Origin: Chrysomallon squamiferum
Lineage: Eukaryota; Animalia; Mollusca
NCBI GenBank assembly: GCA_012295275.1
Contig: CM022670.1
Coordinates: forward strand, 10,416,001 to 10,480,000
Length of the DNA: 64,000 bases
Direction of reading: 5' to 3'
In this document: positions 27,379-41,541 of the stretch, one piece after another
Numbering within the stretch: position 1 is the first letter of the stretch
Layout: the number at the start of each line of letters is the position of its first letter
Position numbers and translations under genes: made by a program
Notes under the pieces: generated by a model
Database searches by the model: none
The model's input: only the letters and a program-made list of their open reading frames with translations
Told to the model about the DNA's origin: nothing

Positions 27379-28152
27379 CTCTATATCTAATCTAGAATTT
27401 TCAAAACAAGTGATCGTTGGAAAGTAAGTGATCCATAAAGTAATTAATGAAAAATAATAGAGATCATTTTGAAACTAGTGATCGTTAGAAGAAGCAGTTA
27501 GGATCACTAAAAACTATGGTGATTATTAAAAGAATGACGAATATTTGAGAAAAAAAAAAATGGGGATAGGTGTCTAGCTATTGTTAAAATAATAATGATC
27601 ATTAGAGTAATGATACTCGTAACACTGAGTTATCGTATGGAAATTTGAAAACACGTGAAAAGTAGTGATTCATCTTTTACATCTTAAAAAACGAATAATG
27701 ACAAAAGAGTAACCGATTCTTGACTGTCTTTATAATTTTAAATATCAACATTTTTGCTATTATTGAGCCCAAACTACTCAGTTTTAATAGAGTGAATAAC
27801 AATACAATAGACTCTGCAATTAAACGAACATCGACTATTGTGTACACGCGACTATACGGCTGCAGATCTGCTATTCCAGTGTGTTCGGTTTATTTACAGG
27901 CTTTGTTAAAGATCACACTGGTGGCGCCACTGAATCACATACACAGCCATTTATGTATTCTAAAGCTACTTCAATACTTTGTGCATTTAGTGGAACCTTC
28001 CGCATATTATCATTTCATAAGCTAATTGAGACATTTTTTTTTTTTTTTTCCTTAATTTTTATTTCTTTTGTTCTTTTTGTTAAATTCTTGTTTCCAGAGT
28101 GACAAAAGTTCTGGAATCTGTCTGTTTAGCATGTGAATGCAATATAAAATAA

Positions 28153-28191
<39 letters not shown>

Positions 28192-28509
28192 CGTTTTCTC
28201 ATCAATCTTCCAAACCATTGTGCGCTGTGACGTGCGCATTGATACACTCCTGTGTCTGCAGTGTAATTACTTGTTATGCCGCGCGCCTGTCCGGACCTGA
28301 TCTCGCAGACGCCTCGCGAGTGCCGGCCATTGATCTGCAGGGACCGGAATCGCTTCCTGGCAATTACTTGCGAGATTCAATTTTCTCTCAGAACGCAGTC
28401 TATATAGATCGCCATAACAACTGAAGCCACATCTGAATTCAAAATTGAAAAAAATATAAAAATAAAATAAAAAAATAAAAGAAGAAAGAAGAAGAAAAGA
28501 ATTCAGCTT

Positions 28510-28830
28510 TTGTGAATACCAGCAATCAGCTATTACTGGTGGTATGGTAGATACAATTGATATCAAATTAATTTATGAATAACAGTATATAATATTCTTG
28601 TCTGTGGTATAAACATCTCAGATAAAACTGCATGAACTTTATGAATAATACAACCGTAAACTAATACTTCGGGTTTATCTTATATACAAACTGAAGCTAA
28701 TTTATGAATACCAGTACACAGTTATGCTTGTGATAGTATAACGTATATACAACAGAAATAGAATTACATGGACTTTATGAATAAAGCAAATCTAAATTTA
28801 TATTTGTGGTATAAACAGATGAAATTAAAC
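28510..28830. repeat. decayed ~62-75 bp minisatellite
   Basis: TTTATGAATA and TGTGGTATAAAC blocks recur ~5 times. Confidence 0.65.
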
Positions 28831-29673
28831 TTAAACTTATACTTGCAATATATTTACAACTATTTGTATGTGTATGTGTGTGTTCCAGAAAGAGAGAGAA
28901 AGACAGAGAAAGACGGAGAGAGAGACAGAAAGAAGGAGGGATAGAGAGACAGATATATAGAAAAACATGTATGTATATATATATATATATACACTTATGT
29001 ATTTGTAAATACAGATAGAAAGATAGCTAAAACTAGGAAGAAAAAGAGAGATAGATACAATTAAAACAAGCACTAAATTCTTACAAAAAAAAAAAATCTC
29101 TTATATATTTGACTCGTTCGATGAAAATAACAACTTCACCTCCAAACCGTTGTTAAAACATTTCAACCATTGTTGGAGACGAAATTTTGTTTTTACTTTA
29201 AGCTACTTATCTGTATTAGACATAATTATACCAAATTTGTACTGTATTATTATTATTACATTAGTACCACAACTGTCTATTAACGTTCAGCGTTTGGACG
29301 GATCTTATTATAGATAATTATTACCTAAGATGAAAGCTGTAATATACAGGTGTATTAAATAATGGAAACGCGTACTGGAATTTTACAATACTCGATCCTG
29401 AGAGACTGGGTATTTTGACCTTTTGTTTATCATTGATCGGAAATAAGTAATTTTCTGAAATAATTTCTCTTTCAGTTGAGTAATTGAAAATGCTGGGCAT
29501 GTCTTTACAAGTTACAGACTGCGAAAAACATGAATTAACATGAAAGAAAGAAAGAAGAATTAATGAAGGGGAATGAAAGAAGGAAAAAAGATGAAGGATA
29601 GAAAGTGCAAGAAATGAAGAAAGAAAGAAAGAAAGAAAGAAAAAAAAAACACGAAAGAGAAAAAAAATAATGA

Positions 29674-29705
<32 letters not shown>

Positions 29706-31163
29706 AAATCTATAAATCGCTTAAAAATATTCCACATCTTTGATCTCTTGAGTTCTCGTACACTCTAACGGAATCTCGTTACTCAGTCTGTATAGAATTT
29801 CACTTTGAAATACAGCCTGAGTCTGTGAAGTAGCAATAAAACCAGCGACGTTGACAATGAAATGTCACTTGTGTGACTCGAGTTTCTACAGATGAGGCAT
29901 AGCTAACATTTAATCTTTAATCGATACAGTTTTTTTCAAACTGTTAGATACACAGAGATTTACCTGGAATGGAAAACATTTTCGTTAAGTACGTGCATTG
30001 CATATATGCACCTCATTATTGATTAAGCGCAAAGAATTGTTCCTGGTTTCAAGCTTTTTGATGTATACATTAACCATTTGCAAGGACAAATAGGAGTGGG
30101 TTGTTGATTTAGAAACATGACCTACGTATGTAAAAGTAGCGTCAAAGGCACAGACAAAAAATAATAAAAATAAATAAAAATAAACAGACAAATACAACCC
30201 AAAACAACAATAGCTTAATAACAATAACAATAATAATAATACATACATACATACATACATACATATGATAAAATAAGACGTCAGCACGTAATAAAAAACA
30301 AACAATAATAATAATAAATAACCCGAATCAATTGTACAGTAATCTTAAAGAGTTTGACTGCTTAACATTCCTATATACAATATGTGTGTGTATTGTACGT
30401 GTGTGTGTGTCTGTGTGTGTGTTTGTGTGTGCATGAACGTGTATTTTTGCGTGTGTTGTGCGTTTGCGACTGTGCGTGTATATAATTATTTGTTTGTACT
30501 GAAAGGTTATGTGACTGTGTGCATTTATGTGTGTTAGGTGTCACCGTTTGTATGTATATATATGTGGATATATTTATTTTTTAGGGATAGGCAGAGAATT
30601 AATATAGCTTGTATTGAATATAATACAGCCCATCCCTAAAACACGAAATTACAGTCTACAATACGATATTTAACTGTTTGTAATTTTCTGTTTCATCAGA
30701 GACTAATTATTATAAATGCTTCTACTGATACATGAACTAAATATTAATAATAATAATTTAAAGAAAAAAGAAAGAAAAAAAAAGATTTGCGTATTGCGAA
30801 TAAAATCTTTGAAATGAAATCTTTATATAATTTATAATATTTCAGAATTTTTTTTCTCTTTTTAATTTCCATATCATCCATTATTAAACGTTAGAGAACT
30901 CTGAATTTATTATTAAAGTCACTTCAGCGTAAATAATGTAACACACACACAAAAAAATACCTTTTAAATTAAGATCTAATTTTATATTTCATGAAAAATA
31001 TTGAAAAAAATAAGCCCAAAAAAACAAGAAAAGGAAAAAAAAAAAAATAAAAAAAATAAAGAAGATAAATAATAATGTTAAAAAATTTAAAAAGGTTCTT
31101 ATGGCAAAAACTTTGAAGAACAGAGATCCGGTTTGCGTGATACTTTACACGTGAATTAATCAC

Positions 31164-31177
31164 GTTGCCATGACAAC
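31164..31177. promoter_or_regulatory. RFX X-box motif GTTGCCATGACAAC flanked by CACGTG E-boxes
   Basis: 13/14 match to the perfect palindromic X-box, with CACGTG at 31148-31153 and 31189-31194. Confidence 0.6.
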
Positions 31178-31718
31178 TAATCACACATCACGTGAAATGA
31201 ACTGATGTAATTACAGAACTACAAATTGAACTGAGAAAAAGAAACGAAACGAAAAAAATAAAATAATAATAACAATGGAAACATAATTATATATGGAGAA
31301 CAAGATTAAAAAAGAATGCTCAATGCTCCTTATAATGTTAATTAATTTTATTATAAAAAAGACAATTAAGTGTTAATTTTTTAAATGTCTCTTCACAGTA
31401 ATTTGAATCTGTTTATGATCTGTGCGTATATCTGGACGCAGAAGGAATGAAAGCGAAACGTGAAAAATAATTTTTGAAAACAACAACAACAACAAAATCA
31501 GGAATGGAAGAATGGTAGAATGGATGGATGGATGAGTGAATGGATGGATGGATGAGTGAATGGATGGAGAAATATATAAATGTACTGTCATAGATCTATG
31601 GATCCGAATTTAAATTATAAAATTATTAAATTTAAAGATGATGATGATTGTGACAAGGACAATGATGATAGGAACAACCACAATCACCACCAGAACAATA
31701 ATATACATACATACATAT

Positions 31719-31824
<106 letters not shown>

Positions 31825-32701
31825 CATAATTATATGTACTTAGAATCAAAAAGAAAAAGGAAAGAAAAACTGAGAGAAGGAGAAAAAAGTCGCATTGCTT
31901 ATCGATCGCCTATGAAATGTCAAGACGCAATCGGAAATAACGACGTGACGTCAGAAAGCGAGCAGAATGAGCGTCGTCAAGTAAAAATAAATAAAAATAC
32001 TATCTGATAATCAACTAATGAAACTAGTTTTTTATTTATTATCATTGATTTAATTATAGAGACCACGAAAAAAGTCGTATAATTTTATTATCCGAACATT
32101 AGCTGACAGTAAAACATCAGTCTTTGAAAATGTGATATTGATGTTTATTAAAAGAAGATAAAAACGACAGAAACTACTAAAATGGAAAAATGAAAGAAAC
32201 TCTGATTATTTAAGTTTATATATATATACATGCATTTCGAAGCTTTATTTTTCTTTTTCTTTTTAATTTTTTTTTTTTTTTTTTTTAATTAAACAAATAA
32301 GTAATTCTAAAATACTTGAGAACGGTTATTATTATGTACGTTATTTACAGTATTTCTTTTTTTAAAAATGTATGATTTATAATAATAATAATTATAATTA
32401 TTATTGTCATTATTATTATTATTATTAACAAATAACATAACGAACAAACAAACAAACAAATAAATAAATAACAAAGCAGATTATTTAAACGCAAAATACG
32501 TATTAAGTCCAATATCAAATGGCTAGAGTATTAATCGTAATTAAGAGTTATTATAAATAAAATCTATAGAGTTTGCAATTATCCACTTCAGTAATTTCAT
32601 TCATTACTAATGAAGAAAGGTTTTCTGAAACAAATGGAAAAATGATCGATTATTTCTTGATAATTAGATACATCTAAATAAATCTACAAAACTCTTTGTT
32701 T

Positions 32702-32920
32702 GGGCAGTAGCTGAACGGTAGAGTGTTTTTTCTGACGAGCTATAGGTTTCGGGATCGATTGCGCCCCGCGAGCCGATCAGACAGGGTCTATTTTTGTTGT
32801 CATCTACCTAAAATATGTCAAACGCCACAGTGTGTGTATGATGCGTGTAAAAAAAGCCCTAACTGCAAATTGATGAAAGCAGCCCTAATGTAATGCAGCA
32901 GCGGGTTTCCTCTCTAGTAT
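32702..32920 (+). mobile_element. decayed tRNA-derived SINE, MetaSINE-like
   Basis: A-box-like GTAGCTGAACGGTAGAG and B-box-like GGGATCGATT, followed by a central domain ending ...AGCAGCCCTAATGTAATGCAGCAGCGGGTTTCCTCTCT. This resembles, from memory, the Meta domain of molluscan SINEs. The last 17 nt recur exactly at 40913-40929. Confidence 0.65.
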
Positions 32921-33863
32921 TTTGATTACAGTGTAATAAGTTTTTAAATTACAGTGTTGTGAAATTTAGTTATGCAACTGTTCATTCGCAGATATAAAGA
33001 CTCATTTAAAAAATGTTTATAGAACAGTGTATGTAAATATTCTTAATGTGACATATTCTGTGTAAGTATGGAAGATTTTTCTGGAGGGTAAAATATTTTT
33101 TTTTTAGTTTTTCGTTTGTTTGTTTGTTTATTTTTACATGTATTACTTAATTTACTTATTTACAATTGTTTGTTTGGTTGATTATTTATTTTTATTTACC
33201 TCATTGATCATAAATGCTATTTTTATTTCATAATACTTTACTTTAAATTAAACTCATTTACAGAACCAGCATTAGATATGTCTTTCTACGTCTCTCGAGT
33301 AAAGATTAAAATAACTTTAAATACGTTTCAGCTTTTCTTTTCTTTCTTTTTTTCAGTATTTACATATTTACCTACCACTCTGTGTATTACAAACACATAT
33401 CAAAATGAATGCATCTCCATTTTCTGACATTTTCATCACTAAACCTTTTTGTCTTTAAACATTTATAGATCCGCATTTCATCATAATATATTCGCTCTGT
33501 TTGCAAAACCGTCACTTGAACAAAGAACGTATTGGTTAATTCTTTGGGGTATACGGATTTGTGATCAGTGCTTTTAATATATTTAGAGTTATCAGCTTTT
33601 AAAATCGATAGCCGGCTTTGCAGAAGAAGCATTCTGAATTAATGTCTTCTTTTTATGCCGTTATGTTAGAATGAACGTTTAATTGGTCCACATGCTGCAG
33701 CAATCGTGCAAAACGTATAATGAGTGCGGAATACGTCTGAATGATACACATTAGTTCGTCGTCCATTTATAGATTTAGTTACAGTAAGGCGCGGTATCTA
33801 TCAAAATAGATAATGATCTGTGCTTGTACGAACTATAATGCATTTATCTGTGTGTGTGTGTGT

Positions 33864-33901
<38 letters not shown>

Positions 33902-34781
33902 TTCAGTGAGAGAAGGGAAGCAGCCATAAGAGAGACAGAGAGAGAGAGATCAAAAGAGAGAAAGATGGTTAGAGGTAGACAGAATGAAATGAAGAAACAT
34001 TAAAACAACGTATTAATAAGAAACAGACATAGATTGCATATGGTGAGACTCACAGTCAGAGAAACAATAAGATAGATAGACAGACAGACAGATAGATACG
34101 TTGATAAACAGACTGATAAATAGATAGTGAAAGATATACACAGAAAATAAAGATATACCAAAAATTATGAGAACGATAAGAAGAAGCACAAAGAGATAAT
34201 GATGATCATCATGATGGTACGCAATGAACCTGTTACGTGAGACATTTCTTGAACTCAATTGATTCTCAACTCACGTAGTCTCATGTTGGATCTCTGAGCT
34301 TGTATTTCTTGTTGTGCAGCTGTCAAGCTACACACGTCTTGAAATAAGGAGAACTCAGCACTGAGAAGCAAGTGCGCCGCCATGTTTGTATTTGAGTTAT
34401 CAGTTATCTGAGTTGTCAGAATCAGTGTCAGCTCCTTTCTCTTGACATCGATAATTCGGAGTTAAGTTCTGATGTCACGAAAGATGGATGAATTTTGAGC
34501 TTAATTTCATGTCAAAACTATTTCTGATTAAATAACCTTTCCACTCCTTTCTGCATTAGTGCAACTCACAAGCAAAGCTAATCGTTTTATTCACACCATT
34601 GAAAAATCCCCACTTAGCCTTTGTCCAAATTGGAAAAGATCTTGAAATGTCCTTAAGACCAAAAAAAAAAAAAAAAGAAAAAAAAAAAATACGCTTCGAG
34701 GATGCGCCAAATTTTCCTCCAGGGGGAAACAGCTAAGTCGAAGGCAGTGAAATGGGACAGAAATCTCATTACAGGATTTTC

Positions 34782-34795
34782 GTTGCCATGGCAAC
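34782..34795. promoter_or_regulatory. perfect palindromic RFX X-box GTTGCCATGGCAAC
   Basis: Exact optimal RFX dimer site, with CCAAT at 34826-34830. Confidence 0.7.
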
Positions 34796-35135
34796 CGCAC
34801 GAGTGCCGTAGACAGCGCTTATTGACCAATAGCCAGCACTTTTTATTTTTTTGTTTTTTTTTTTTTTTTTTTTTGAATTCGGCTAACGATGGTCGTCAGG
34901 AAAAGCGGATGGTAAATTAGTGGTATTTTTAGACAAAAAGCTTCACTGACAGAAATGTATGTTACACGAATTGCCCGGATTGAATGGTGCTGAGAGCCAG
35001 TGAAGATAACTATAGCAATTATGAATTTTTCTGATCGAAAAATATTCTCTGACAAAACAAAACTAACTTAATTTGATTCTGAAGGTGGCTAAAAAAAAAA
35101 TGTCATCTCTTTTTACCTTCCCTCACTAGCCACAC

Positions 35136-35228
<93 letters not shown>

Positions 35229-38200
35229 ACCCTTAATAATGAATAATGAGATTACATGATGTTTTGCAGTTGTTACTAATGAAAAACAAACTGACGTAAT
35301 AAGTGTTAACTTTACCATCCACAAATTGTACTGTTTGTTACTGGAGCGAAGGAAATTCCCATTGTCAACTGATTAACGATTCCGCTGTAAGCCTTGTGTC
35401 CATCTGCAGATTATTTATTTACCTAATTATTTACTGATATGTTGGTTTGTTTGTTTAGTGCTTGTTTTGGTCTCTTTTTTGTTGCATGTTATTTTTGTGT
35501 AAGTCTTATTAATATCATTATATAAATATAGTGTCGTAGTTGTGTTTTTTAAACTTTTGATGATGACGATGATGATGGTGTTTATTATTATCATCGGTGT
35601 TAAAGCTAATAATAATAATAATAATAATAGAAGTAGTAATAGCAGCAGTAGTGATAGTAGCAGTATTAGCAGTAGTAGGAGTAGTAGATGTAGTAGTAGT
35701 AATAGTAAAATCGTGTTCGGTACACTGACGTGCGTAGATTAAAAACAGCTATAACACATCAGCGCGAAGTGGCTAGATCGAATTATAATGAATTTGTTAC
35801 ATACGCTGGGTATTCAACAAGCACCCGTAATAACTGTGAAAACCTCGCCTATTGATTCCCCATAAAACACGTCAGTATCAACGAGATTAATGCAGAGCAA
35901 GCTTGGACAGGCACTTGCGATATCAAGCTAGGAAGAGGTCAAGTGTACATTTTTTTTTATTTGTTAATAATCATAACATCGACTAATGAATAGAACAGCT
36001 AGTAACAAGAGAACCTAATTTATATTGTTTCACTATCGACTGATGCTGCGTATATCACAGTTTGTTGTTTTTTCCCCGATCTACTCAGTGCCAATGATAA
36101 TGAATCAGAGACTATGGTTTGTGCTTTACTGATCTTAGTAGTGTGCTAATGATTATTTTTTTTTTTTTTACCGTTTATCGATTATGAAAGCCTATACAGA
36201 AGCCAGAGTTAGATTTCCTCTCATTTATCATCATTACACAACAGTCACATGTCTGACACCTAATAATCATTAATATTAATGAAGTATGGCTAAATAGTAT
36301 ATTCACCCATTCATCGCGTTGTGTTTGGAAAGATAACATAGATGAAAAAAATATATATACAGTATTTATCACTCGCCTTTAAAAAATGTGTGATTTTGTG
36401 AATGTATTTGAAATGAAGTATGTTTTGTATTTTCAGTTTAAAATTCAGAACTCTTTACCCTATTTTGAAAAACATTAGAATTAGTTTTTCATAGTAACAG
36501 CTTGCTGTCTTGTTCTATTTTTTTATATATATATATCTCGTTCTTCCGAAAAACACTAATTATAAAAGTATATTAATAGCAACAGAAAATAATAATAATA
36601 AAAAATGAATAAATGAATAAAACAATAGTAATAATAATAATTAAAAAATAATGAAAAATAATAATAGTAATAAAATGAGATAGTAATAGTATTATATACT
36701 ATAAACATTATCCTCTTTCTTTTCTTTTATTTATTTAGCTTTTTTTTATGTTCTTTTCTACGCCTTCAATTATACTTGATGACATCTACAATCCCCTTTG
36801 TTTTATTTTCGTTCATCAATAAATCTACACTGCATGATCGGGATTTTCCCAGCATTCATTAGATTCGATAAAAGCGCATGCCGTATACAAGAACAAAACG
36901 AAATAAAAATACATATTAGAAATTCAAGAGGGCTATAATTGAATAATTTTTTATCTAGAAGTTTATTATCATCTTCTTGTCATTTGGAAATCCAATGCGA
37001 TTCGCCAAAAGCATGTCCGTTTTTATTCCGTTAATTTGATTTCCGCCATGGACCCGTCAGCACACATGCGATGAGTCACGTCAGTCCGACTTCATTAAGC
37101 TTGGTCTTGTTCTGGTATTCATTTTAATAACGACGGATTGAACTCAGAAACTTGATTGAAATTTCAAGACTCTGATGACCGCGAGGGTATTCATGCGTAC
37201 TGCGCTGGATCCCTGCATCATAATGGCCGGATTCGGTTTATTACATTCAGTAACAGATTTTTAACGATTTCCAACGTGTAAAGGTTTTAAAACTTATTAA
37301 TTACAGAACAAAGACAAACATTTTTTAAGAAGTAATCATTGAGCAAGATCGTGTTTTTCGAGCTCTTAAACGTGAAAGAGAAAAAAACTAGCGAACGTGC
37401 TGAGCGATGTGGGTGAATATTAGATTAAACGAAAGCAACGCAGACGCTGTTATTACCTGGTTTTGGACACGAAATGAATTGTCTTTGTATCACCAGTTCA
37501 GTTACGTTGTTGTTGTTGTTGCTGTTGTTTTTTAAAATTACTTTTACAGGTTCAATGGAAGGCACAGCATCTTCACAAAAAGTTAAAAAAAAATTATGTT
37601 TATTATCAAATATAAATCAGAATTAATCTACAAAAAATTTAAATTAAACACTGTTAAACTTAATGAAAAAATAAACAAACAAACAAATAAATGATAGTAA
37701 ACGTTAAAACTTTGTTTAAAAAAAACAAATTAAAACAAACAAAAAAAAACAATACAAAGCGAAGCCTTTGCCTCCAGTCATATTATTCTATTATAATACC
37801 AAATCATTTCATCCAGCACTCGCAGCTTTCTTTTTTTTTTTATTTTTTAATCAGGATTTTAATTAATTAAAAACAATGTCAGAAAGAGGAAAAAACACAT
37901 TACACTGGGCAGCAAGCCAACGTATTGAAATAGCAGGAACAAATGACAAAAGAGCAAGCAACATGATAACCTTTTATCATTGGAAACTGGTAAGTGGGGC
38001 CATTACTGGCCGCCCATCATAAGACCATTTGTCAGTAATTAGTTAGGATTTTTTTCTCTCTCTCTTCTTCATTAACAAGCTAGACTGACAAGTCCAGCTT
38101 ACATCGCTCGAACACAAAGACTTAGAAGAAGTTGCTAATGCCGGGAATGACGTTAAATCTGAGAAAAGCGCCTGCGGCTATTATCGCGAAAAAGCTGATG

Positions 38201-38663
38201 AAAGTCAGCCTTGTTGTTGTTCTACCTTTTGAAGACGTCGGTTCTGTCGTCGACAACGACGAGGTATAAGAAGAAAGAGGATTGGCGTTAATTTGTCACG
38301 CTTCTAAACCTTATTGATAGCCCGACGTTGACGTCTTTCTCTGCACGAGGGGTGGGTTGAGGGGTGGTGGTGGGGGGAATGCGCTGATGTTGACGATGAC
38401 GGCGATATAATCAGCAGTGTTGAAGAAAGGTGTTGTTAAATTATGGGAGAAAGAAATAATAAACTTCTTCAGTAAATATATATTTTTGTATATATATTTT
38501 TTAATAAATTTATTCATTGTGTTTGCGTATGTCTACGTTATAAATGCCTGCGTGAATGTGTGCGTGTGTGTGTGTACGTTTGTGTGACTAATAACACTTT
38601 GTGAGAAATTGCGCATTTAATTTATCTTTTTAAACACAATTTACAAAATTTAAATTATCATTA

Positions 38664-38698
<35 letters not shown>

Positions 38699-40909
38699 GT
38701 TATCATCATCATTATTATTATTACTATTATTGTTATTATTATTATTGTTATTATAACATCACAGTACCTAAGATAAAAAGAGATGCTGTAATCTAGCTGT
38801 AGCTCATACAGCTGTTAAATTTATGAACCTCACACACGATATTTGCCGAACATTGCGTCCGTGAAAAGAACGCTGTGTACAAACAGGAAATACAAGCAGA
38901 ATTAGCTTCGATTTGAGTTACTGTATACGAACGCATAATGCTTTTGTCTACAAATGGTACGTGACGTGTGTTTAATCTGAAATTCACAGAAAACAAAAAA
39001 CGGCAATATTAACGACAGATTCCGTGATCGAACGAGAACAGAAACTAAAACTTACAAAAAGGAGACATCACGTTTATAATATTAACTTAACAGGCGGTCG
39101 TATGGGAATAATAATAACAACATTTTTTTTTTAGGTAATCAGTCGATAGTCGGGGGGGGGGAGGATACAAATTTCAACAGAATATGCTAAACATAACTAC
39201 AGTGACGAACTCTGTGAACCTAGTTAAAAACAAAATTAACGAAGATCGGAATGGAGTATGTCAACAGCCCGCAAGACAATTCTATTTCATTTTCTTTTAT
39301 TTTTATTTTTATTTTTATTTTTTTTTAAACTCTTTGCTCAGAAATATTAATGCCCGCAAACGAACTCTTCAGAGAATCACATATGCGTAATTTGCTCGGC
39401 TCTGACGTACTCCAGCGGTTGCATAATGACGCCAGAAACTACAGTGCAGAGATCGATACTGCACAAAGAAAGCACTGATTACTATGGACTATCGTAATAG
39501 AATATTCATTAGCCTAGTTCAGGGTGTCACGCAAACTTGATTGACGGTTTACGCAACAGAAACGAACGGAAGTTGGCGGTAACTCAGTCATATTGGCGCA
39601 TCGCCTTAATTGTGCTCGGTATAGTCCAGATGGTACCGGAAGTAATTACGGAGCTGGAGTTATTTATAATTTACGTCCGCACCAAGAAGACTAATTTTCT
39701 GCAGAGGTGGAAGAAAAATTTTGGTTGCCATTGTATAAACCATCTAAGGCGTTTTAACTTTACACATATTTTATTATCAAGACTGTAAAATGCATTTTAT
39801 GATATAATATCGACCAAGAAAAATAATCACTTATTTGCTAACACATAAACCTTTTTGATAATTGCAGCACCGACTCAGATTCCTATAAATGTTACTTTTC
39901 TATCACACTAAGAAAAAAAAAAGCCTGAATATTTAATTCTGATTACTAAATAAATCTATTAAAATCGGATCTTTCTCTTCTAACAAACTGCGACAAAATT
40001 GAAAAAGTGAGTATACGGGTTAGCGAAACGATGTTTTGTGTGGTGGGTTTTTTTCTTTTAGATATCTTTCTGTTATTTCTGCTTGTCGTCTTTTTTTTTT
40101 TTTGTTATTTCTTTATTTCTTTTTTTCGTCATTAAATTCACTTTCTTTCATTACTTATTTCTTTCTTCCATTCTTTTGTTCTTTCTTTCTTCATCAAATT
40201 TTACAACATCCAAAACGATCGGAATCGGATTTCGGACAATACAAAAGAAACGAACAATGTACAGAATGATTTGCATAATAGCTGGACAATGCAGCTACCG
40301 TTACAAATAGCCAATAAGTGCCCAGAAGGCGACGCTTCGTCAGCCTGACCCTTTGGCTGCCCAGTGACCTTGTTTGCCCCTTCTTTGTTCTGCACATCGT
40401 AATTAAAGATTCAGAAGCGACAAGGACTAATGTCATGAATATTAAGACTAAATTGTGTTTGCTAGTAATAAACCAGATGTCACTTATTTTCACTGACATT
40501 TCAGAATTAAGAAAATTTAAAAAAAAGAAAAAAAAGAAGGGATTTAAGGATAACCATTATGTTATTGAAAATCCGTGTTAAAGAGGTTAGGGAATTAACT
40601 TTGAAAGCTGTCCAAGGTTTAATTTTAGCACATTTCAAAAAGAAGGGGAGAAAATAGGCTTCTTGTGCGTTTTGAAAAATTATCATTTTTTTTTTAATAA
40701 ACTTAATTTTATTATATTTTGGTTTAATTTTTAATTTTCTTCTTCTTATTATTATTAAACTATCATAAAATAAAGTGATCAGTTAACCATCACGCGTATG
40801 TTAGAAATTCATTACACGTCAGGCGTGCTTGAACAAGGTTCCTCGATCACAGCATATCATACCTAATTCTCACTCGGTGACATTAAGAGAAAAAAAAACC
40901 TTGAAACTA

Positions 40910-40919
40910 CGACAGCGGG

Positions 40920-41010
<91 letters not shown>

Positions 41011-41050
41011 AAGCCTTACAAAATCAACGACAGACCCCTAACAGCCACTA
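40910..41050 (+). mobile_element. second MetaSINE-like remnant interrupted by (CT)n
   Basis: CGACAGCGGGTTTCCTCTCT shares 17 identical nt with 32899-32915 and runs directly into a ~84-bp (CT)n tract. Confidence 0.5.
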
Positions 41051-41500
41051 ATGAACGTAATAATCACAACGGTATCTAATATTACGAGTATCTTGTACAC
41101 ACAAGTACATATAAATAACACGATGTTACTCCGCCATTCGCTGGTTCTAATCAACTATCAAACTAACAGCTTCTCGAATGCTATTGTTATGGCAATATAT
41201 AATTATTACTATAGAATAAATATTGATTCTTCTCAGTAACAAAGGTCTGCAGTCTCGCGTTTGGCGACACTGAATCCAGTTCAATCACGAAGTCACATCA
41301 AATATCAAATTCTAGAAGATATAAATATTACTTCGCGTTATGCGAGATAATAGAATATATTTTTGAACGTGAACCGATATAGACACCGTTGAAATTAATA
41401 TTTTAAAATATGTTTCCCATTGTTTTGTTTGATGATGCTTTTTAATATAATCTGCCAAAAAAAAGCTTTAAAAGTAATAATAATGATGATGATGATGATG

Positions 41501-41541
<41 letters not shown>

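Noticed and set aside
27460-27474. GAGATCATTTTGAAA, a 15-nt match to bantam miRNA
   Set aside because: The 3' end diverges, the only complementary arm is bulged and ~45 nt away, and the segment is one unit of a decayed ~18-bp GTGATC repeat (27400-27620).
38247-38259. 13-nt minus-strand match to miR-981/miR-76 (TCGTTGTCGACGA)
   Set aside because: The 3' half does not match and no precursor-quality hairpin forms; the context is (GTC/GAC)-type low complexity.
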